Source of the DNA: Promethearchaeota archaeon
Lineage (GTDB): Archaea > Asgardarchaeota > Lokiarchaeia > Sigyniarchaeales > Promethearchaeaceae
Assembly (NCBI GenBank): GCA_016933055.1
Contig: JAFGBS010000021.1
Coordinates: forward strand, 30,001 to 62,000
Reading direction: 5' to 3'
Length of the DNA stretch: 32,000 bases
Part shown: one piece after another, positions 27,985 to 32,000 of the stretch
Position numbering within the stretch: the first letter of the stretch is position 1
Layout: every line of letters begins with the position of its first letter
The notes under the pieces: generated by a model
The model's database searches: none
What the model was told of the DNA's origin: nothing
The model's input: the letters and a program-made list of their open reading frames with translations, nothing else
Program-made: the position numbers and the translations under genes

Positions 27985-28557
27985 ATGATTATGAGCAAAC
28001 TCAAAAAAGATATGTCACCAGAACAACGTCATAATTTACTGAAAGTATTGAAAGCCCGTTTTGAGAAAAATATGAATCGTCATAAAGGTATTGAATGGTC
28101 TGAAGTACAAACAAGATTGGAAGCTAATGCAGATAAACTATGGTCACTCTATGAAATGGAACGAACTGGCGGTGAACCGGATGTCACTGGTCATGATATA
28201 AATTCGGATGAATACATTTTTTATGATTGTTCACCGGAAAGTCCTAAAGGTCGCAGAAATGTTAGTTACGACCGAGAAGGACAGGAGTCAAGGAAATCAC
28301 ATAAACCAGAAAATAACGCGATAGATATGGCAACTGCCATGGGTATTGAGCTTTTAACCGAGGATCAATATCGAGAGTTGCAGAAACTTGGAAATTTTGA
28401 CATAAAGACGTCGAGTTGGGTGAAAACTCCATCTGATATTAGAAAACTCGGTGGTGCACTTTTTTGTGATCGCCGCTACGACCATGTATTCGTGTATCAC
28501 AACAGTGCACCTTCGTATTATGGCGTTAGAGGATTTCGTGGATTGTTACGGGTATAA
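27985..28557 (+). CDS. DUF4256 domain protein
   Basis: LKARFEKNMNRH, EMERTGGEPDV, DCSPESPKGRR, KTSSWVKTP, IRKLGGALFCDRRY and RGFRG closely match the family as I recall it from bacteria. Confidence 0.85.
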   Translation: MIMSKLKKDMSPEQRHNLLKVLKARFEKNMNRHKGIEWSEVQTRLEANADKLWSLYEMERTGGEPDVTGHDINSDEYIFYDCSPESPKGRRNVSYDREGQESRKSHKPENNAIDMATAMGIELLTEDQYRELQKLGNFDIKTSSWVKTPSDIRKLGGALFCDRRYDHVFVYHNSAPSYYGVRGFRGLLRV

Positions 28558-28610
28558 ATTATTACCTTAAATTTTGTGAAGCAAACGAATTGCTGCTGAA
28601 AAAGGATAAA

Positions 28611-29024
28611 CTATTCCAAAGTTCTAAATGAATCTACAACTTCAGTTTCTATTAATGGATCTATATTCTCTTGATGTTCATGAATTTCTTTCAGTAACGC
28701 TAATAGCTCTCCCCTCATAATGTTGATTTGTCCATTATTCGAATTCATGATTGAATGCAATCGTTCTCTCATTTCTAAATTCGATTTACAGCGTTTTTTT
28801 AGATGTTGTTATTCCAAATTTAAATTTGAGGTATTTAACATCTCAATTTTCGGTAGAATTTCGTCCAATTGGGCATTGGCATCTTTGAAATTGATTCGAT
28901 CAATAACTGATTTAATGAAATTCAATTTTTTAGTCAAGACTGGATCTAAACGAAAATGTCGAATCTTTTTAACTAAAACCCAAGAGCACATTCCTAAAAT
29001 CCCAATATAAGTAATTCCTAACAA
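28611..29024 (-). pseudogene. Nonsense-interrupted hypothetical gene (TM followed by helical domain)
   Basis: The 71-aa ORF stops at TAA 28809, but the same frame stays open for about 65 more codons (QHLKKRCKSNLEMRERLH...FRTLE*, TAG 28611). No ATG start; begins inside a TM segment. Confidence 0.5.
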
Positions 29025-29080
29025 AATATACTCATAATCATATATCTAGAAATAAAAAAATAGAAATTAAAGTTACAAAT

Positions 29081-29437
29081 TTATGAGAGTTTAATATCTA
29101 TAGCTTCTGCTAATGGATCTTTAATTTTGACGGAAAACTTCAATAATCCATTTGAACAGTTAGCTTCGATCGAATCCGGTTCCACCTCGTACGAAAAATA
29201 ACGTGTTAAGGTGTAAATCACTTCATTATTATCCATTTCTCTGGTTGCCTCTAAATGCATCAAATCGGGTAAGATTTTCAAGGATACTTTTTCTTTTTGT
29301 ACTCCAGGAAGATGAATTTCGAAATTCATGATGTTCTTTTTACGATCTAGTTCACTGTAGTATTTGGGAGTTATGCGGAAGAGGCGTTTTTGTTCTTTTT
29401 CTTTATCCATTAAGTGAGTGTCTTCTGATTTTGACAT
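29081..29437 (-). CDS. Hsp20/alpha-crystallin family protein (3rd in operon)
   Basis: EIHLPGVQKEKVSL, EPDSIEANCSNGLLKF, C-terminal IDI; SD GGAGGT at 29445-29450. Confidence 0.88.
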   Translation of the reverse strand: MSKSEDTHLMDKEKEQKRLFRITPKYYSELDRKKNIMNFEIHLPGVQKEKVSLKILPDLMHLEATREMDNNEVIYTLTRYFSYEVEPDSIEANCSNGLLKFSVKIKDPLAEAIDIKLS

Positions 29438-29461
29438 ATGATTAACCTCCTTTGAATATAT

Positions 29462-29812
29462 TTAAAATAGTATTTCTTTAGCTCCGTCTAGAGGATCCTT
29501 AATGTGAGCTGTAACCTTCAGCAACCCATTATTATAGGATGCGGTAGTTTTATCGGGTACTATTTCAACACCCCATGAGTGGTTTGCGGTATATTCGATC
29601 TCATCGCGGATTGCATTAACATAAAACCAATTGGGTAAGGCTTTCAATGAAATGTTGTCTTTACTTACTCCAGGTAAACAAATCTCCACTTCTACGGTGC
29701 GATCGGCGTAATCCACATAGGTTGAGATGTCGGGATATGCGCGATATTTTATTTTACTTTCTTTTTTTTCAGTTACTTCAGATTTATCTTCTTTTTTTTC
29801 AATCATAGCCAT
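29462..29812 (-). CDS. Hsp20/alpha-crystallin family protein (2nd in operon)
   Basis: EICLPGVSKDNISL, VPDKTTASYNNGLLKV; SD GGAGGT at 29821-29826 overlapping the upstream TAG. Confidence 0.88.
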   Translation of the reverse strand: MAMIEKKEDKSEVTEKKESKIKYRAYPDISTYVDYADRTVEVEICLPGVSKDNISLKALPNWFYVNAIRDEIEYTANHSWGVEIVPDKTTASYNNGLLKVTAHIKDPLDGAKEILF

Positions 29813-29825
29813 TTTTTTCTACCTC

Positions 29826-30182
29826 CTATTGTATTGGTACTTCATATGCCTCCAGAAGAGGATCATGAATTTTCAGTTCTGCTCGCAATAAGCCTTCTTT
29901 ATATTCTGCTTTTGAGTTATTCGGCTCGATGTCTACATCTAATCCCAAATCTAAATCATAGAGATATTGTTCCCTACGAGCACGGAGTAAGAATCGATCT
30001 TGAAGAGCTTTCATTTCGATATCTTTTTTATCGACGCCTGGAAGAACCACACGAACGATAATTTTGTCTTCTTCCATCCACGCAGTAAATCTGGGAGTGA
30101 TTTTAGTCAAATTCTCTACTTCATTAACTTGCTTATTTACTAATTCGGTTTTTTCTTTTTCGGTTTCTGACATTGGTATCAC
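29826..30182 (-). CDS. Hsp20/alpha-crystallin family protein (1st in operon)
   Basis: RVVLPGVDKKDIEM, EPNNSKAEYKEGLLRA, C-terminal VPI. Start is GTG 30182 or ATG 30173. Confidence 0.88.
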   Translation of the reverse strand: MIPMSETEKEKTELVNKQVNEVENLTKITPRFTAWMEEDKIIVRVVLPGVDKKDIEMKALQDRFLLRARREQYLYDLDLGLDVDIEPNNSKAEYKEGLLRAELKIHDPLLEAYEVPIQ

Positions 30183-30198
30183 TTTTTCCTGTGTTTTA

Positions 30199-30286
30199 TT
30201 AGTTAACTTTTAGTTGATAAATAACTGTTAAGAAAAATAGAGTAAAAAACATATTTAAAGATTACGATGTTAGTTAACTAAATGTT
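30199..30286. promoter_or_regulatory. Repeated TTAGTTAAC-N5-GTT boxes upstream of the Hsp20 operon
   Basis: Copy 1 at 30199-30215 (TTAGTTAAC TTTTA GTT); copy 2 at 30270-30286 (TTAGTTAAC TAAAT GTT); 71 bp apart. Confidence 0.55.
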
Positions 30287-30526
30287 TCCTACTAAATCTT
30301 ATTATTTAAAAGGTGGAAATCTAAAAACAAGATTTTTTGATAACAATACTTTCAATTGTGATTTTATTGCGTATCGGCTGTCCTATAAGTTAATCTACAT
30401 TCTATAATCCATCAAATGATATATTTGTCTTTCAATATTCCTTTAGCATCTTCTTTTGATTCCATCAAATTTTGAATTCTCTTTTATTTACGTCTGAGAA
30501 AAAAAATTATAAAATTGATTCAGAAT

Positions 30527-30829
30527 TTAGGATAACTTTGGCTCAGGTTCGGTAGATTTTTTGGATTCCATTTTTGATTCTTGAGTGCTTTTCACAATCC
30601 TCACAATAGTGATTATTCCAAACAAGAAAGTTAATCCTCCTCCTATAAGCCCGATGATAAATGATATTATCATCATTGCAAGACCTAAGCTCACAAAAAT
30701 AATAAGTAATCCAATATCATCCACTTCTGAAGCACCACTGCGAATTAGGAAATATATTCGAAATGCTATATAGGTAATAAAACCAAATATCAAAGTAAAT
30801 ATCCCAGTACCTATCCCGTATTTTTTCAT
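30527..30829 (-). CDS. Small hypothetical membrane protein
   Basis: 100 aa, ATG start, 2-3 hydrophobic segments, charged C-terminal tail, A-run (T-run on - strand) downstream. Confidence 0.7.
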   Translation of the reverse strand: MKKYGIGTGIFTLIFGFITYIAFRIYFLIRSGASEVDDIGLLIIFVSLGLAMMIISFIIGLIGGGLTFLFGIITIVRIVKSTQESKMESKKSTEPEPKLS

Positions 30830-31070
30830 ATTTATTTTTTCACCAAATTACATACAGTTGGATGAGTTTAAGTAATTTATGATACCATTTTCCACTCTTG
30901 GTGGAATGGTTTAAGACGTGATTTTTTGTCGTAGGACTCCCCTAATTACAAACATGGTAGCAAATGCATCACTATTTAAGATAAAATCCAACAATGCGAA
31001 CGGAGATACAACATAACAAAAAGTTATTCGGTAAAAACTAAAAAATACTATGTGTCGATTTATCCTTTCT

Positions 31071-32000
31071 TCAGTTGATTACCTTAACTTTACGAGCCGC
31101 GGGTACTAATTCTTGCATCCTATACCTATTGGGACCGTAAATTATTGGTTTTATGGCACTTCGACCCATTTTTGCACCGGTTATTAATACCATCAATTGC
31201 ACAAGAAACCAATCAAGGGATAATTTATAATCATAATGTTCCCAAATTCGCAACACAACTTCCCAAAATGCCCAAATAAATAGTACAAAAATGATACACT
31301 GCCATACATTCCAGGTGATTATCCCCGGAGAGGAACTATAATCGACGGACTCCCCCCAGAACCGTGCAAATACGGTGTAAATACGATCTTCTACTCCCGT
31401 ATTAATAGAAAATGCTGTTAACGAAAATAACGAATATCTACGCCAGAATGTAGTACGGCGAGCAGCCCGAACACGTTTCAGTTCATTTCGAGGATAATCT
31501 TGAGTTCGAATAAACAGAACGAATAGAAATTGCATTGTACTCATGCTTACAATGGTTAGAGGAATCGGTACTGTCTCTTCTGCAAAACTAGAAAACCAAT
31601 TTGGATCGATCAACAGCCACCAAATTACAAATCCCATCATACAATAGATGAAAAATGATAATGTAAATCGGAAAATCTTCTTAATTTCCCATTTATGATG
31701 AAGCATAGTTGCATACATACAACCCATTAGACCGTATCCCAATCCAGGTAATAATCGAAATCTTCCCCGAATGAATTTTGTTATCAGAAGCTTAGGGATA
31801 TATAAATTTCTCGCTTCTAACCACACGATCGCGGATTCTCCAAGTTTAATTAGTGTAGGAGTTAAGGCAAACAACATTGTTAAAAGGACACCAAACACAA
31901 TAAGAAGTTGCATTGGTTTTTTTACTCGAATGAGTTTATATACTATCCATATTAACAGAGGAATAATTACACCCATCCACGCAACAGCATCCAAAATGTC
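31071..32000 (-). CDS. Polytopic membrane protein, DUF1624/HGSNAT-like acyltransferase fold suspected; 5' end outside window
   Basis: Frame is open to the window edge (...DILDAVAW). Multiple TMs; FRLLPGLGYGLMG and YSLFSLTAF resemble the FPxxPW.GY..G and SLxxY motifs of that family. Confidence 0.6.
   Translation of the reverse strand, partial: DILDAVAWMGVIIPLLIWIVYKLIRVKKPMQLLIVFGVLLTMLFALTPTLIKLGESAIVWLEARNLYIPKLLITKFIRGRFRLLPGLGYGLMGCMYATMLHHKWEIKKIFRFTLSFFIYCMMGFVIWWLLIDPNWFSSFAEETVPIPLTIVSMSTMQFLFVLFIRTQDYPRNELKRVRAARRTTFWRRYSLFSLTAFSINTGVEDRIYTVFARFWGESVDYSSSPGIITWNVWQCIIFVLFIWAFWEVVLRIWEHYDYKLSLDWFLVQLMVLITGAKMGRSAIKPIIYGPNRYRMQELVPAARKVKVIN

Noticed and set aside
231-30773. Short antisense or alternative-frame ORFs in the track (e.g. 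231..497, 1994..2332, 6877..7284, 10105..10509, 19432..19836, 28720..29010, 30585..30773)
   Set aside because: All lie on top of motif-supported genes or remnants and have no independent signals.
30884-30910. Hairpin ACCA(TT)TTCCAC-TCTTG-GTGGAA-TGGT
   Set aside because: Single bulged stem with no repeat copies, U-tract or tRNA/CRISPR context; function cannot be supported.
1-32000. CRISPR arrays, tRNA/rRNA genes, DGR/retron or RT systems, Sec/Pyl readthrough
   Set aside because: No spaced repeats, cloverleaf or rRNA-like sequence, or RT motifs were seen. In-frame stops occur only in visibly decayed fragments.

Overview
AT-rich, gene-dense prokaryotic window. The gene content and signals suggest an archaeon, most plausibly Asgard (Lokiarchaeia/Promethearchaeota-like). 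This is inference from the XerA-type recombinase, TATA-like promoters, oligo-T terminators, GGAGGT SD sites, a class III sirtuin and a decayed Ras/Rab-like GTPase fragment. About 25 intact CDS are present. Transport: one MFS and two tandem ArsB/NhaD/SLC13-type paralogs. Oxidoreductases: a partial FAD enzyme, Gfo/Idh/MocA and an atypical SDR. Hydrolases/lyases: GH38 alpha-mannosidase, M28 peptidase, an alkaline-phosphatase-superfamily phosphodiesterase, a membrane alpha/beta hydrolase, an MBL-fold hydrolase and a PL10 pectate lyase. Others: a ~1000-aa anchored surface protein, two regulators, DUF4256 and three tandem Hsp20-like genes. No tRNA, rRNA, CRISPR array or intact transposase was seen. 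Highlights: (1) a membrane-tethered 2TM-bPH_2-XRE HTH fusion preceded by two abutting 18-bp palindromic operators in a divergent promoter; (2) a triple short-loop Hsp20 operon with a twice-repeated AAC-N5-GTT box upstream; (3) a decay zone at 27.1-29.0 kb holding pseudogenes missed by the ORF track (PIN toxin, Rab/Ras-like GTPase C-terminus) around a bacterial-like DUF4256 gene; (4) a membrane-anchored PL10 lyase. All family calls come from motif recognition by eye; no searches were run.
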